Source of the DNA: Okamejei kenojei
Lineage: Eukaryota
Assembly: GCA_035221665.1 (NCBI GenBank)
Contig: CM069156.1
Location: forward strand, 12,028,001 to 12,092,000
Direction: 5' to 3'
DNA length: 64,000 nucleotides
Part shown: positions 12,121-27,030 of the stretch, one piece after another
Layout: each line of letters starts with the position of its first letter
Position numbering within the stretch: position 1 is the stretch's first letter
Made by a program: the position numbers and the translations under genes
Notes under the pieces: generated by a model
Told to the model about the DNA's origin: nothing
Database searches by the model: none
Seen by the model: the letters and a program-made list of their open reading frames with translations, nothing else

Positions 12121-14884
12121 AGTAATGATGGAGTAAATTAAAGGTTTCTCTTGTGCTGGTTCACTAATTACCTGCTGGAGTCATGTCCTTCAGAACTCTG
12201 CCAAATTGATCACCTGTGGTCACCGATGCCATGGGACCTAATATTTGGTGTCATTGTTGAGCACTTCTAGTGCTACTCACGACTAGTATTGGATTGCTTT
12301 CTGATGCCACAGCTTTTGTTCCTGAAGCACCGAGAGACTGCGACTCTTTTGTGTACTTTGTATGCAAAAACAAATAAAATTCACTTTTGCCAGGTTCAAG
12401 TGACAATAAAGCATCATCACCATCATCAAAGAAGGGCAACAGAGTAACTTGCTGACAATACTGCAATACTGCCATTGATTATTAACTTCATTCTTTATAT
12501 TAGCTTCAAATTAAAAATTCCATTGTTGTGTTTCAGGACATGTGACAATTAAACACTCTTGACTGAACTTTATGTGGAAACTTGAAAACATAGGACAGGA
12601 GTAGGCCATTCAGTCCTGTGAGCCAGTTCTGTCTCTCCATGCAATCTTCTTAATAATATATTCAGGGCGAACAGGTTCAGGTACTTGGCCTCCACAGCAC
12701 GTTTGCTGCAGAGAATTAGAAAGGTTTATCACCAAGTGAGTGAAGAAATCACCCTTATTTTGGTCCTAAATGTTTTATCACTTCTAGACTGACTCGCCTC
12801 CGATCCATTTACAGGCACAATCTTCCCTGTCAAAATTTGTATGTTTCAATTAAATCCTTTCTCATTTTTCTTGACCTAATCCTGCTCTCGTATTTGACAA
12901 GTATATTCTGTAAAGTCCTTCTGTGAAACATTCCAGGAAATATAAGATGGGGAATAACTTATCTTTCAATTTATCTTTTCTGTTCCTTCAGAGATATGAT
13001 GTAATTACTGTTTAAAGATCCATCTAAAAGGCGAACAATTGCAGCAGACCACACAATATCATTGATCAGAATTGTTTATTTTTGTGTAAGAATTCACAAC
13101 GCAGGAAGCCATTTGCAACCAAAGCATGAACATACTTTACAAGAAGGCAATGGCTGGGGGAGCAGACGGGAGACAGCACCGTCCCTCATTTCTGCAACAA
13201 ACTGCAACACATAAACCAGCACAATCAGCTCTACAGCACAGTTACAAATCAGGGCAATCCTCGCAGAGAGGGCAGAACTGACAACAATGACAGCCATCCA
13301 CATCTTTACAATATCAAGCACTGCTGGTGAGGAGCAGTGGATTAAACGACAAGTTCAATGAGAGTTTCAGACACAGAAAGGAAACATTTTTCACATCCTT
13401 AACCTGTAACATGCAGCATAAATTCAATGAACAAGAAGGACCTGGGGTATTTTGTCCACTTTATTGCACAGTATTAGAAATGCTTATCCCCAGAGATTTA
13501 TTTAAACGAGGCCACAATGATCTCGGATGCAACCTCCGATCTCCTTTCTGTTTGCCCTTGCTGAAGTTCCCCCTTTGTCTGACTTGCACGAGTCGTGCTT
13601 AATACTAGAGCTGGTAATTCCCCCCCCCCCCCCCCACCTGCCCGGTGACCTTTCCCTATCTGGTGTAGTCACCAAACTTGGAGAGCTTTAAATAGAAGGA
13701 CAGTGCTGCTGGATCCTGGTTTCTACCTGAGGATGTAACACTCTCAATGCCTTGATTGAAAAGTTACAAATCCCGTTATGAGAGGTTGATGCTACCAGCT
13801 CAAAAATGTGCAATAAGGAATAGGACGTTCCAATGAGTGATATCCATCACAGTGGACAGGCAATTCCTGCTACTTTGGCATTAGCTTGATATACTTAAGC
13901 AAATAAATAAATAAGTGTCTGTACCAAAATCAATTTGAAACTCTCACTTTTTATGATCAATTCATTGACACTAATCCCTCAATTTTAAGTATCTGACCTT
14001 TCAACCATTGAAGTGCTAAACTACCATTAATGTGCACAATGTCATTTGAAGGATTGGATAATTCAAATTTTCCTAGTGGAATAAAGTTTGAATTACCGGA
14101 TTAGGTTGTAAATCCGAAGATTTCCCTGAGAGCTGTATATAGTTGTGCCATCGGTTTATATCAGAGGAATAGTAGTTTCAAGCATGGTCTGGGTAAATAT
14201 TCACATCATGTTGGTGATCCCAGTCTTTGTGGGCTGTTTTATTTCATTTCTTTACTCATTTGAGATGTTGCAAACTGAATTCTAGGACAGGCCTTGCTTT
14301 AAACGTGAAACGAGGAGTTACAAATAAATTGTGGCAGAGAAGTCCTGTGATACTCCCCTGTTATTATAGTGCCAGAGCTTCACAAAACTCATGCAGGAAA
14401 GATCTCATTTCTTTCTAGAGGCAAATTCTATTCCCGGTTCATTACCAAATTATTTGTGAATAATCCTTCTTTCGTGGAAGTTGAAAACTCAATAAACTGT
14501 CTAAACTGTTCAGCTAAATAAGACTTCCTTGCTGCACCCTGTGGGGTTTAGACGGAATTCTTTACAGTCTTTTAATAAAACCAAACATATTCCCACTGTT
14601 GGTGATTCCAAAGATGAGTGACAATGATGTACTGCCTCCATCCAGCCTCATAACTTCCACAGTAAAATAATCCAAAATGGCTGACGGTGCTGCCAACCCT
14701 TCTTGGTAACCAACAGCTTGGAATCTGTTCCCTGTACCCCACCCATTGGAGATATCCATCAATGTGTTACTTAGGTCATTTAGCTGATTACTGAAATGAG
14801 AATTTTATTAAATTATTCTCTTTTTGGTTAATTTATCCAATAGGAAATTAAGTTTTTTTCCCTACAAAAACACATCTCTAGCTG

Positions 14885-15063
14885 AGATAGACACAAAGTG
14901 CTGGAGTAACCCTGTGGATCAGGCAGCATCTCTGAAGAAAAAGGATAGGGACACAAAATTCACCTGTCCTTTTCCCCCCATAGATGCTGCCTGACCCACT
15001 GAGTTACTCCAGCATTTAGTGTCTACCTTTGGTGTAAACCAGCATCTGCAGTCCCTTCCAATT
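14885..15063. mobile_element. Penelope pLTR-derived fold-back element
   Basis: Inverted arms; 13-bp TSD ACATCTC(T/C)AGCTG. Confidence 0.78.
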
Positions 15064-18000
15064 ACATCTCCAGCTGGCTGGGTTTTGTGCTGCAAGAGGA
15101 CAGCGTTGTCAGTTTTAGTCGAGCCTTGGATTAGTTGCTGAAGCTCTGCAGTGTGCGTACGTGACAAATGGAAAAGTCCCAATGATGGCCGTAATATACA
15201 GAAGGCTTTCCTGATTCTTGGTGTTCTATTACTAATGAGCTGAGCACAGTTCCAAATCCTTGATGTAAAATATGTCTTAAATCCGAAGTGTATGTTTAAT
15301 CCAGCAGCACTGTCCTTGCTTCCATCCATCAGTCTAGGGATGTGCCCCCCTTACCATTGGGATCATGGCCACATATTTCCGGAATATCGTGCGGAATATC
15401 GTGGTACTGCCCTTGTAGTCAGACAAAGGGGACTCTGTACTTTTGCACCAAAAGATTTAGCATTTATTTTTAAATGAGAAGGAAGACATTTTTGTTTTAG
15501 TCGATAAGAGTTTTGAAATTTGCACTCCTGATCAGGGACATGTTTAAATCGCATGCATGCTTCTCTATTATACAAGGTGACTAACTGAGACACCTCAAGG
15601 AACGGTAATTGTCTTCAATTGACTTTCACATGTAAATGACTCAAGCTGTGCAACTTGGAGAACACTAAAACTGAATGGAAACTGGTGGAAACCAGTCATT
15701 AATTTCATCATAATACTACTGATATTGAACACTTGGAATATTAGCTCCGGGTAACCCTCATTGAAAGATGATCTAAAGCTCCCATCTCAGACCAGTGGGG
15801 TAAATGGCACTGAAATAATTAGACCAGGAAAATCTTACACTTTGTCCGTGATCTGTGCTAAGTTAATTCTCTCTGAAGAATTGCTGCAGTGAGGAATGGG
15901 CTTTGCCTCTGATACTGATGTGTTGCTAGTACTGGATCAGCTGCCAGGGAAGGAGGCTGTGTTCAGCATAACCACCAAGGGCAACCAGTCAGGCTGAGCG
16001 GCAGCTTATGTGTTGTACATTTTATGTAATCTATGTGTACTATTCTGGGATCGCATTCATAACTGGTGACTTGATGTCTGCAGGTAAATAAGATCTTAGG
16101 TGGTGAAATACAACTTGCCTTTTGTAACACTCACCTCCTTATGCTGAGACCCCAGAAACCTGTAAAGCTTATTGTTTCAGTTGTTGAAAAAAATAACAAT
16201 AAAAAAACACCGTAACTGCTTACTCCCAAACCATACCACAGTCAGTCCCACACCATTATTCTCCCTCCCATAATTGCATCTTAATCCTCCCCCTACTTTC
16301 AGCTCCTAAACCCACCTCTTCCTTCAGCAGTGGCATCCTAACCATACTTTCATCACCCAGGGATGGAGCTGCAGCCGAACCCTGTGCAATCCTAACACGT
16401 GCTCCCACAATGATCTCCGTAGGATCTCACAGCACCAGAATCTTATTGGGATCCTATGTAACCCCACTGCTCCCTGCTACAATCAGATCTAGCTCCATCG
16501 CTCCGTCCCACAGTGGGATCTAATCCCACCCGCTCCTAGCCACAGTCGGTTCCTAATCTTATCTCTCCCTCCATCAGTGATAGCTGAATCTTGCTGTGCT
16601 CTCTCAAGGACGGTTCCAAACCTTGCCTCGCCCTCCGACAGTAGGATCTGAAATGCACCTTTCACTTTAGTCACCCTTCTTCCTCCACTCTATTTCACCT
16701 CTCTATCTCAAGAACATTGCAGAACCATCGCAGAATGACTTTAAACCCTCCAGCGTTGGGCTCCTAATCCTATTGTTACTCCCACCCAGCAGGGTTCTAA
16801 TGCAGCTGCTTCTGCTCTTTGCTTCGATAACACCTACACTGGCCTCTCGGTTGTTCCCCCCCCAATTAGTACACTGCACAGCCCATGGCAAGCAGCAGCA
16901 GGGGATGGGATGATACTACAGCTGTTCTTGTCTAAGCCCATCCAGATCAGAGAGTGAATTGGAGCACGATGCTTTGCTTTTATTTATTCACCAGACATGT
17001 GGTGCTTTCAAATGTTGGCTAGTAAGGAATGTACTGTTTGTCACACCTTTGCAAGCTGGGTGGTTTCACTGGGGTATAGTAGGTGAAGAATTGTGATTTA
17101 CTGTTGCACATTTATGTTTGTGAGTTTGAAAATAACATCAGGTTTCGCAACGGGCAAAGTATGAAAAGTTGCAGAGGGGGTCGGACAAACAAATTGCAAT
17201 TCAGTAACCAAAATGAGTAATAAGGGAAGGCAAAGGAGAGTGGAAGGGATGGTGCAAGCAGCAACCACTGAGGCTGCCTCTCCTACTAACTGGTTTTTAT
17301 TTCAGCCACGAAGCGTAAACGTTTTGCTTCCACACCCTGTCCTGTGACATTTTCCATCCTTGTGCTTTTCATGGGAAGTGAGGAATTTGGGCAGGTCCCA
17401 TGCCAGCCCATTCAGTGCTTATGGTAACTTTGATTTAAACTAAAGCGTGTAAGCTGCAAATGTAGAAAACACCGAGTTGTTTTTTTAATCTTCAGATCTG
17501 ACACAGGTGCTAATGAAAGAATGCATAAGGGTTTCTCCAGGGAAGGTTTTTTTTTGTACCAAATATCAGAATCAGTGACGTATTTAGAAATCGCAATGGG
17601 GTGCAGATTGAAACTCCCAATTTCTACAAAACATCCTCATCCAGGCTTTTACTTTTCAAAATACAGAGTTTGGACACATTTATTTTGAGACAGATAAGCC
17701 AAAACCAAACTAATCACAGACACGAGACGAAACACTGCTTTTCATAGGCTAACGTGCAAACAATTTGTTAATCAGCGGATGCAGCAGGTTCACAAGTCCA
17801 GGCTTCGGTTTGTGCTACACATTGGTGGGGTGGGTGGGGATAGTGATGGGCAGACTGGAGCTGAGCCAAGCCTGGCTGCAGTTTGTGCTGTACATGTAGG
17901 GAAGGGGTGCAAACTTTAGCTGAGCTCAGCCAGGCTTCCGGTCTGCTCAGTCACAGGCTGGTGACTTGTTTGTGTACATTCGAAAGCAGCTAAAATACCA

Positions 18001-18948
18001 AACACCAGATAATTGGCACAGAACATTGGCTTTAGATGAACAATAAAGTCTTCAAGCAACGCAGGGATCTAGGCCATACAAAAGGCAATTTTGTTGTTTT
18101 TTAAAATCATAACATTAATGAAAGGATGTACCAGATCTGCTTGGAGTGCAATGCCATGGAAGATGTGGTGAAATGAAAGAATCCAGCAATAAGGCCTTAG
18201 TCAGTCATTGCGGATTCACTTTCGCTCAGTGGTTGTCTTAGTGTGTTATTGCCCTGCAGTCTTCATCAGCTGCTACCCTGTAGATTCCTCCAAGAGCCAA
18301 CCTGAATGGTTTCTCAAAAGATATTCAATCATTCTTTATTTCAGAACTCAGTAAGATTGAATCTTAATGAGCTTTGAAGCAGGTTGTTAGATCCCACGTG
18401 GACCGGACTGGAGACATCATTTATTTTTAACTGAACATGTGATCTGGTCTGAAATTCCATTTAATTTCCTTTTACTTTATTTCGGGTGGTTTTATGTGAT
18501 TCATGCCATTCAATGTTGAAACAAGGGAAATAGTCTTGTAACTTCACTGTGGTATTTAACTGGGCTGCTGGCAGGTCTTCAGCAAAGAAGAGTTAAGTTC
18601 ACAAAAGAATGAGGTGTGCGTTATTGGTGAGGAGATAGGTAGGCATTACAATCTCAAATTGTGGAGCTGAAAGGGTATCTGATCTTCCTCGCAACTCACA
18701 AACTATTGTGGAAAAAATAGGGATGAAGACTGGGTTAATCTTGGCTTAGTTGTCACCACATTAATCCTTGATCATTTACAAGGGGCAATTGCATCCAACC
18801 CTTTACAATAAGAAAAACTCAAACCATTTACTTCTCTGACTGATGCTCCAACAATCTAAAGCACCTGGAGCCTGGAATGCTGATGACTGACAGAACGTTC
18901 CACTGAAAGCCACAGTGGAGATTCATACTTCAACGCTGTACTACAAGT

Positions 18949-19100
18949 AGATAGACACAAAATGCTGGAGTAACTCAGTGCATCAGGCAGCATCTCTGGA
19001 GATCGTGGATAGGAGACATCTTGAGATGCTGCCTGACCCGCTGAGTTACGCCAGTATTTTGTGTCAATCTTTGCTGTAAACAAGCATCTGCAGTTCCTTC
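18949..19100. mobile_element. Penelope pLTR-derived fold-back element (short)
   Basis: Inverted arms; 13-bp TSD CTGTA(C/T)TACAAGT. Confidence 0.78.
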
Positions 19101-19579
19101 CTGTATTACAAGTGCCCTGTGAACAACGTTATATGCCTAAACAACTTTAATTATGAATGGACTCATTGATGTAAATGACCATGACTCTAAGATGCACGTG
19201 TACTTCCTTTGCAGCCATTCCCTAGTCCATTTACTTAAAGAAAATAGTGATACTTGTATGTCTCGAAGACACGGATTATAGCTGAAGTCTTTAGGTAGCA
19301 CAAACATAGAATTACTGATAGAATCTGCAGGTTGTTTATCGTCCTACAGAAAGTAACAATGCTATTACCACGTTATGAAGCAGCAGTTTGGCAGCAGTTT
19401 GCAACTCCATGCACTTTGCCTGAAAAATGTGGTGTTCGAGCACAAGACTGAATAGAAAGTCTATGCTATATTCTCCCCAAAGCCAAGGGCCAAAGAAATA
19501 ACAATTAAAGTAAATTTGAGTAGGGAAGTATTACTTTCACTCTCTTTCTAATGCAGAGTAGAAATGCCTGAAGGTTGGG

Positions 19580-20090
19580 ATCATAAAGCTATACAGGCCT
19601 TCTGCCCAACTCTTCCATGCTGACCAAGTTGCCAAACAGAGTTATTCCCACTTGTCTGATCCTGACCTTTCCTATCCAAGTACCTGTCTTTTAAACGTTG
19701 TAATGGTATCAGCCTCTACTCCTTTCCCTGGCAGCTCGTTCCATATACGCACTACCCTCTGTACAAATTGCCCCATAGAACCCTTTTAAAGCTCTCCCCT
19801 CTCACCTTAAATCTATGCCCTCTAGCTTTGATCTCCCCTACTCGGGGTAAAAAGTATGGCTCTGTGCCTTATTTTGCTTAGTGTATAAAATCATCCCTCC
19901 GCCTACTCTGCTCAAAGGAAAAAAGTCCTGGCCTATTCAGCCTCTCCATAGAACTCAAACCTTCCAGAACTGGTGACGTCTTCATAAATCTTCACCCTTT
20001 CCAGTTTAATGACATCCTTCCTATCGCAGGGTGACCTGAACTGTACACAGTGCTCCAAATGTCTTGTAAAGCTGTACGATGACAACCCAG
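19580..20090 (-). mobile_element. Degenerate CR1-like LINE 3' fragment
   Basis: Reverse complement resembles the CR1 ORF2 tail and 3' UTR seen in other copies here. Confidence 0.7.
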
Positions 20091-21203
20091 GGTGGTGGTA
20101 AAATTGAGTAGGTCTACTATGTTGTTAAAAGGACATCTGTAGTACACAGGCTGTCAGTACCGAGCCATAGTTATACCATTTACTTTAATGATCTGTCAGT
20201 CATTGCTTGATATGGCAGCATTCCACGCTGCACATAGGCTGCAACACCTTCTCCCTGGCAAGTGTCCAGACCTCTCCACTAATAAATGAATTGCTAAATT
20301 ATACAGGGCACAGCACTCACAGATAATTTTCAGGAACTCTGAACTTCATAGCTGAAACCCATCTGATTTATATCTTGCTTTGGCATAAAAAGCTTCCCAA
20401 TACATTTCAACGCACTGACTTCATATTTCATTGCTATTTGGATGATATTACTGTACTTGTCAATGGCCGTTGTGATATAGATGAATCTTACTCTGACGTA
20501 CAAGCCCTTTTGCAAAAATGTCTCCAGTCCATCTCTTAATTTAAATGGTATGGACAAAATAGACTACAGCACACTAACTGTTGCTAAGTATCACACAGTT
20601 AACTGGATTAAACTGTAAGATTGGTGTTACATATATATTTTTTACTGAACGTCTGGGATAAAATGTGATCCTGCACTTCATGAAAGCATGCCACCTCCTT
20701 TCCCCACTTATGATATTCCCTTCTTTTCAAGAGGATCTCATAAAATTATTTCTGCTTTGTTACAAACGTTCAGTGATATACAGGAATGGAGAGAGATCTG
20801 TGTAATTAAGCAGATTTAATCCAGTGATTTAGTAAAGTTAAAAACTAGTAATTTAGTAACTAGTTAGTCAGTAAAAACTTTGTAAAAAAAAAATAATTCC
20901 TCAAATTGAAAATACTTTCTTCCCTATCACTGCGCTGTTGTACAGACTTAGAAAAGCATTCGGAAGTGAAGGCCTATTAATTGCAAAAATGGACATTTAA
21001 AATGAAGCATCATTACTTAAACAGCACTGATTTGCAAAAATATAGCAAGTTTGTTGTGGGATCCTTTCCATCAGTATCAATAAAGGCACCGTATAAAATG
21101 GTCAAAGTCAAAACAATTTAGAAACATGATATGGTCAATGCAGGGTTTAAACCTCATCTTCTATTGTTAACTCACACCACTGCCCATGAAGATCTACTTC
21201 AAG

Positions 21204-21409
21204 ATAGACACAAAATGCTGGAGTAACTCAGCGGGACAGGCAGCATCTCTGGGGAGAAGAAATGGGCGACGTTTCGGGTCGAGACCCTACTTCAGACTGA
21301 AGTCTCTCACCATTCCTTCTCTCCAGAGATGCTGCCTGTCCCGCTGAGTTACTCCAGCAGTTTGTGTCCACCTTCGATTTAAACCAGCATCTGCAGTTCT
21401 TTCTTACAC
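21204..21409. mobile_element. Penelope pLTR-derived fold-back element
   Basis: Inverted arms GACACAAAATGCTGGAGTAACTCAGCGGGACAGGCAGCATCTCTGG; degenerate 15-bp flanking duplication. Confidence 0.8.
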
Positions 21410-22089
21410 AAGACCTATTCCAGGTAATTATCCCCAGCTTTAATGTATTTTATCCTGTGTCCAGCTATGTTAAAACGCTTGCTGAATGTATTTGTTTCTC
21501 AAGCATTCATGACTAAATCACTAACCTACCTTTCTTTAAAATACAGACCAAGCCCATCAATGTCTATAATTTATTTTACTTGATTTCCCACAATGAAAGC
21601 TAATTCATTTCTACCCTCCCCGGATTATTTTAGTAAGTGTTTAGATGACGTTATCTACATGTGTAATGGCTTAGTGCAGGACTCTGATCGATTTGTCTGT
21701 GCTTGGGTTTTTATGAATAAACTCTGCTTATTGAAAGCCAGATTTTATTTTAGCTGCAGGTTGCCTAGGCTCTTCCTCTGGACACCCACCAATTCTGCTG
21801 GCAGGATACGTCTCCTTTGAATGACAGGGCCCTTATGTGATGTGCACAGTCTTCTCTTTCACCCTCACATTTCACTTAGTAAAGCTGTGAAGTTTACTTT
21901 TACTGCTGAGATTAAGTTGAGAGTTGAAAAAAAAGTGAATAAATGAAATAAATGAGGTGTGATTAGGAAGAGAAATTCACATGATGAATTGTTAATTCAC
22001 AGCTTGTAATTTTAGACGTCCTGCCCAAAGTATGTGGAACGAAGCACCTACTTCATCCAAGTGATCAAGACAAATACGCGTACTTCAAA

Positions 22090-23010
22090 TTCATAAGTTC
22101 AGAAGTCATAGGATCAGAATTAGCCCGAGTCTACTCACACCATTCAATCATGGCTGATCTATCTTTCCCTTTCAACCCCATTCTCCTTCCTTCTCCCCAT
22201 AACCTTGGACACCCTTAATGAGCAAGAACCTGTTAATCCCTACTTTAAATGTACCCAAGGACGTGGCCTCCACAGATGTCTGTGGCAATTAATTCCACAG
22301 ATTCACCACCCTCTGACTTACTCTTCTCCTTTATAAAGGTAGTGTCCTCTGGTTCTAGACACTCCTACTAGTGAAAACATCGTCTCCAGATCCACACTAT
22401 TCAGGACTTTCAACTATTCGGCAAGTTTCAATGAGATTCCCTCTCATCCTTCTAAACCCCAGCGAGGACATGTCCAGAAAGCTGTCAAACACATCATATG
22501 TTAACCCACTCATTCCTGGGATCATTATCGTCAACCTCCTCTGAACCCTCTCCAAAGCCAGCACATCCTTCCTCAGATATGGGGCCTAAAACTGCTCACA
22601 ATACTCCATATACAGTCTGACCAATGGCTTATAAAGCCTCAGCATTACATCCTTGCTTTCATATTCGAGCCCTTTCGAAATGCATGCTGATATTGCATTC
22701 GCCTTCTACCAGCATTCGATTCAACCAGCAAATTACACTTTTGGGAATTCTGCACCAGCACTCCCACGTCCCTTTACACCTCCAATTTCTGAATCCTCTC
22801 CCCATTTAGAAAATAGTTTACGTCTATATTCCTTCAACTAAAGTGCCTGACTGCACACTGCATTCCATCTGCCACTTCTTTGCCCACTCTCCCAACTTGC
22901 CCGAGTCCTTCTGCAGCCACCCGGCTTCCTCTACACTACCTGCCCCTCTACCTATCTTCAAATCATCCGCAAACTTCGCCACAAACCATCAATTCCATAA
23001 TTCAAATTTG
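22090..23010 (-). mobile_element. CR1-like LINE 3' fragment
   Basis: CCATTCAATCATGGCTGATCT...AATTCCACAGATTCACCACCCTCTG is the reverse of the CR1 3' end; continues into RT-derived sequence. Confidence 0.8.
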
Positions 23011-24354
23011 CTTCAGTATCATCCCCTTCTGTCAATGATTTTTGAATGGCAGCTGATCTGGATAATTACAACTAGCTTTACCTCTTGTGAGTTGATTGGG
23101 GGTGATTCCAAGAGGGGAGTGTATGTTGGTGTTAAAGTGTTTATATCTGTAGGGTTAGTTTGAATGGGTAAAATGTGAGGAGAATGGACAAAAGATTTTT
23201 TTTAAAGCAGAACAAATGAGATTGCAAAAATGTGTTTAAACTGACAATGGATACACATTTTGAAGTTAAACAAGACCGGAATAAGAGCAAAGACTTGGGT
23301 TTTGTTGCCTTGGGAGTGTAAAATGTCAGGGCGGGAAGGAGAGATACTGCAATAAGGAAGGTAGTCCAATGACAAGATGGATAAATGAGGCGTGTAAGGA
23401 GGTTAGAGCATTAATTGGCATTTATTTTCTGGATATTGTATGCTAATCTGGACGCCCGCAGTGACGACTGCGGAGAGTTGTGGTCCCGACCACGGGAAAA
23501 TGGAGGAGGACTGACCACATTTTGTGCCTTCCACCTCAGTGATGAATGCTGTGGTGGATGTTTGTGTTAAATTTTTATTGTGTATTGTGTGTTCTTTTTT
23601 TATTGTACTGCGGCTGGCAAATTCATTTCACTGAATTTTATGTGCAAGTGATGAATAAAACTTGACTTGAGATAAAAATAACTCTAAAGTATGCCTCCAA
23701 AATGGTGAAGGATTGTCTCCTAGTCTGTTATGGTGCTAACATCAATGATGGTTATTCTGGGCCTGTTCTTTAACAATGATAAGTTACCCACATTAATCAT
23801 GTATAGGGAAGCATCAGGATTGAATTGTAATTAAATATTTATGAAGATAATAATGCATGGAAAGGGATGAAAAGATTCAGATGTATTAAGTCCAGCCCAT
23901 TCAATCAATGACATGTCTTTGTACCCTGTTCACCTCGTAACAACTTAAATTTCCCTCCCAATTCTCCATCAATCTCATCATATACCTCCAAGCAGTATTA
24001 AGCTATTTCCTGGGACAACTAAAACTAAATTTAGGAGAATCTTGCAGACTTCTTGTTAATTTTTTTAACTAACTGAGAAAATGGGGTTGGACCAGGTTCA
24101 TCATACATCACAACCAACTCGTAATTTACACCTTGTAACTGGGAATGATCTCATCAAAAACATGCCTTGTTTTCAGCTAAACTTGTATCGCAACATCTTA
24201 CATATCATGGAGAAGAAGCTAAAGGGAAAATATGTTAGTACTCAATGATTGAGGAAATATACTGAGGTGTGTCATTAATAATGAAGATTTAGAGCTCAGC
24301 CGAGAAATAGCGAAGTATTTAAGGAATTGCATATTGTACAGTACAACAATGTAG

Positions 24355-24660
24355 TAGATCCGCTGTCTCACTGCACCAATGACCTGGGCTCAATCCCAAC
24401 CTCTGCTGATGTGTGGAGTGTGCATGTTCTCCCTCTGACCACGTGGGTTTCTCCTGAATGCACAGATTTCCTCCCATATTCCAAATGTTAATCGGCCACT
24501 GTATATTGAATCGATGAATGGTAGAATCTGGGGTAGTTGATGTGAATGTGGGGAGAATAAAATGAGTCTATAGTAGGATTAGTGTAAATGGATGCTTTAT
24601 AGTGAAAATAAACTAGGTGGGCTGAAGGACCTGTATCTGCAATGTATGATTTATGACTAC
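24355..24660 (+). mobile_element. Older tRNA-derived SINE
   Basis: GACCTGGGCTCAATCCC, GTGTGGAGTGTGCATGTTCTCCC core and GGGCTGAAGGACCTGT tail. Confidence 0.68.
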
Positions 24661-27030
24661 AGCCACCAGAAAAAATTAAACCTACAGTCAATATCAGAAT
24701 ATATTAAAGGAGCATAACATCATGAGAATAGTTGAAAATACGAGTAAAGGGATAAGTAGATGGCTTCAGTTAGTATAGCAAATGGAATGCTCAATGTTAA
24801 TTTTCTGAGATTATCTCATTTTCTGTCATTATTTATATGTGAAAACAGTGGGTGAAAATATAATGGCCAAGTTCAAAGAAATGGTGAAAACTAGAATCGG
24901 AGTCGTACTGTGACATTTTCTTTTAGCAATAAGAATGATCTTGAATAACTTTATAATCAGAAAAATCTTCAAATTTATAGCCAACACAAAAAGGCGATAT
25001 AGAATAAATAATAATGAAGCTCAAAGATTATTTAAATAATTTAGATCTCTTTGAAATCAAATCCTCTGATGACAACTATGAGTATAAAATATAGTTGAAT
25101 AAAGACAGAACATGGGAGAGGTTATATCAAATCTTCTTGATCCCACTTGTCAGGGGAAGGAGCAGAAGATACCTCCCATAATGCTGTCTAACATTAAGAA
25201 TATAAATTTAAGATTGTGCATCAGAAGAACTTCGGGGCATTTGAACTCTCCTTTGCATTAACTCCTACAATGTAGTCCTTTGCTCCTGCATGATAAATCT
25301 TACAAAGGCCAGATATTCAGTGTGTAAACTGAATCCACTCTTTTATACATTGCATTCCCATCTAAAACATTTCTTGATTACACAAACATCTATGTCCATC
25401 TCCCTTGCAAAGTAATTCCCAAATTATTTTGAAAATCAATTTGTCTGTTTGTAGTTTTCATACTTTTATCATCTCCGAATGATGTTCAGCTTTCCTGGGT
25501 GCAAAAACATCACCTTCTTCCAAGAATATCTCAGATTTCTCAATTCTTCCCTGGTATCTCATTCACTTTAAGCTGCCTCACCCAATATATTTCTATTACT
25601 TTAATTCTACATTGAACAGAGTTGAACACATCAGCCCAAGATCTGGCCCGATTCCTTTTCAACAACTGAAGATCTCTGTTGGGTATCTGCATTAAAATTA
25701 TAAATATTTATGTAAAGATGCAGTGCTGGAGACAAACAGAGGAAACCTTTGTTTTAGAGACCATTATACCTGGCAAGGACAGTATTTAGCAGTCTCTACC
25801 CATTTAACACCTGTTCATGTCTAACTGTCCTGTATATTCCTGCCGTGTACTAAAACCTTCCAAAAATGTGGAGCTTTATATGTCACCTGGGGGAGCTGGT
25901 CTAGTAATAAATATGTGCAAAATCACCTCATACTAGATGGTGACTCTAAATTTATTCTGGAGAAAGCCTGCTTTCTATTTCAATAAACAGCCTATGTAAT
26001 TGATCTGAATCTATTGGAGATAATCTATTGTCTGCCATAACTCCAGTGCTTTGCATCACTTACAAATATTGTTAAACACATCAGATATTTATGGCAGTTC
26101 ACTTGCTATTTGTTCTCCAGCAATACTTTGTCATTTATCGATCGACCATCCAGTGCAAAATCAATTCTCAATCCACTTAGACAGCCTCTTTTATGAATCT
26201 GCAGCTTCCTTTCTACACTGATTTTTCATTTTATTTTAAAAACCTTTTTTTGACTCCATTATTACCTCCAAGCAATGTCACAACAGGAAGCATTTCTGCA
26301 ACTATAGACCTGGAATATGCTGATAAACATCCAGAATTGGCAGCATTTATCCATTTAAATGGTCTCATAGATAGATGAAAATGGGAAGTAGTGTCTTTTA
26401 AAAAATAATTTGTTTTGTTCAATGATATTAACAATTTACTTTCAGCTGATTTTTAGCAATTTTATTTTTTAACTAATTAAAATAAAATAAATGTTTCTGG
26501 ATATCAGAGGCATTCAGAAATATTTACATATTTGCATAGCTTTGACAGCTGACATAGTTGGGAACAAGGCTTTGCCAGCTGTCAAAGTCTCTGGGGGGTT
26601 TTCTATGTACATTGAAGGATATACCTCTCCCTAAATCTCATTGCTGGATGTTTCCGACTTGCATCTGTATCAATTTGCACGATCTGAGCGATTGCAGGTT
26701 ATGGCAGATTATATTCATTTTTTATGCTTCTGTTCTCCAAATGTTTATTGATTGCATCGTGCTGAATGCCCTTAAATCATTTTTTGTGATATTTAGAAAT
26801 TAATCTGAATTATCATTGTTGCAACTCACTCCTTTTTCTGTTTATTGGAAGCACATTTGCTGGACTGGGGAGCTTGTCACATTCTGTTTGTAAAGGAACT
26901 TAAAAAAAATAAAGCTAGCAATAGGGAATATCTCATTCAATTTCTCAAATACCTTCTCATCTGTCCAAAAAATTTGGAATGATATAATTGCTCTGGAACA
27001 TGTTATTTACTGATTCCTATATTTATTACA

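Noticed and set aside
13094-13321. Hydrophobic minus-strand ORF (KMWMAVIVVSSALSARIALIC...) as another syntaxin TM exon
   Set aside because: No pyrimidine tract or YAG acceptor in phase, an Arg within the putative helix, a long C-terminal extension, and 17 kb beyond the canonical stop.
17306-17425. TKRKRF frame as the last exon of BUD23, the human STX1A neighbour
   Set aside because: Only a short basic motif matches, the stop is misplaced, and no other BUD23-like exons were found.
21204-21409. Fold-back elements as miRNA precursors or CRISPR-like repeats
   Set aside because: They are dispersed multi-copy repeats with TSDs and Penelope homology in eukaryotic DNA, with no repeat-spacer array.
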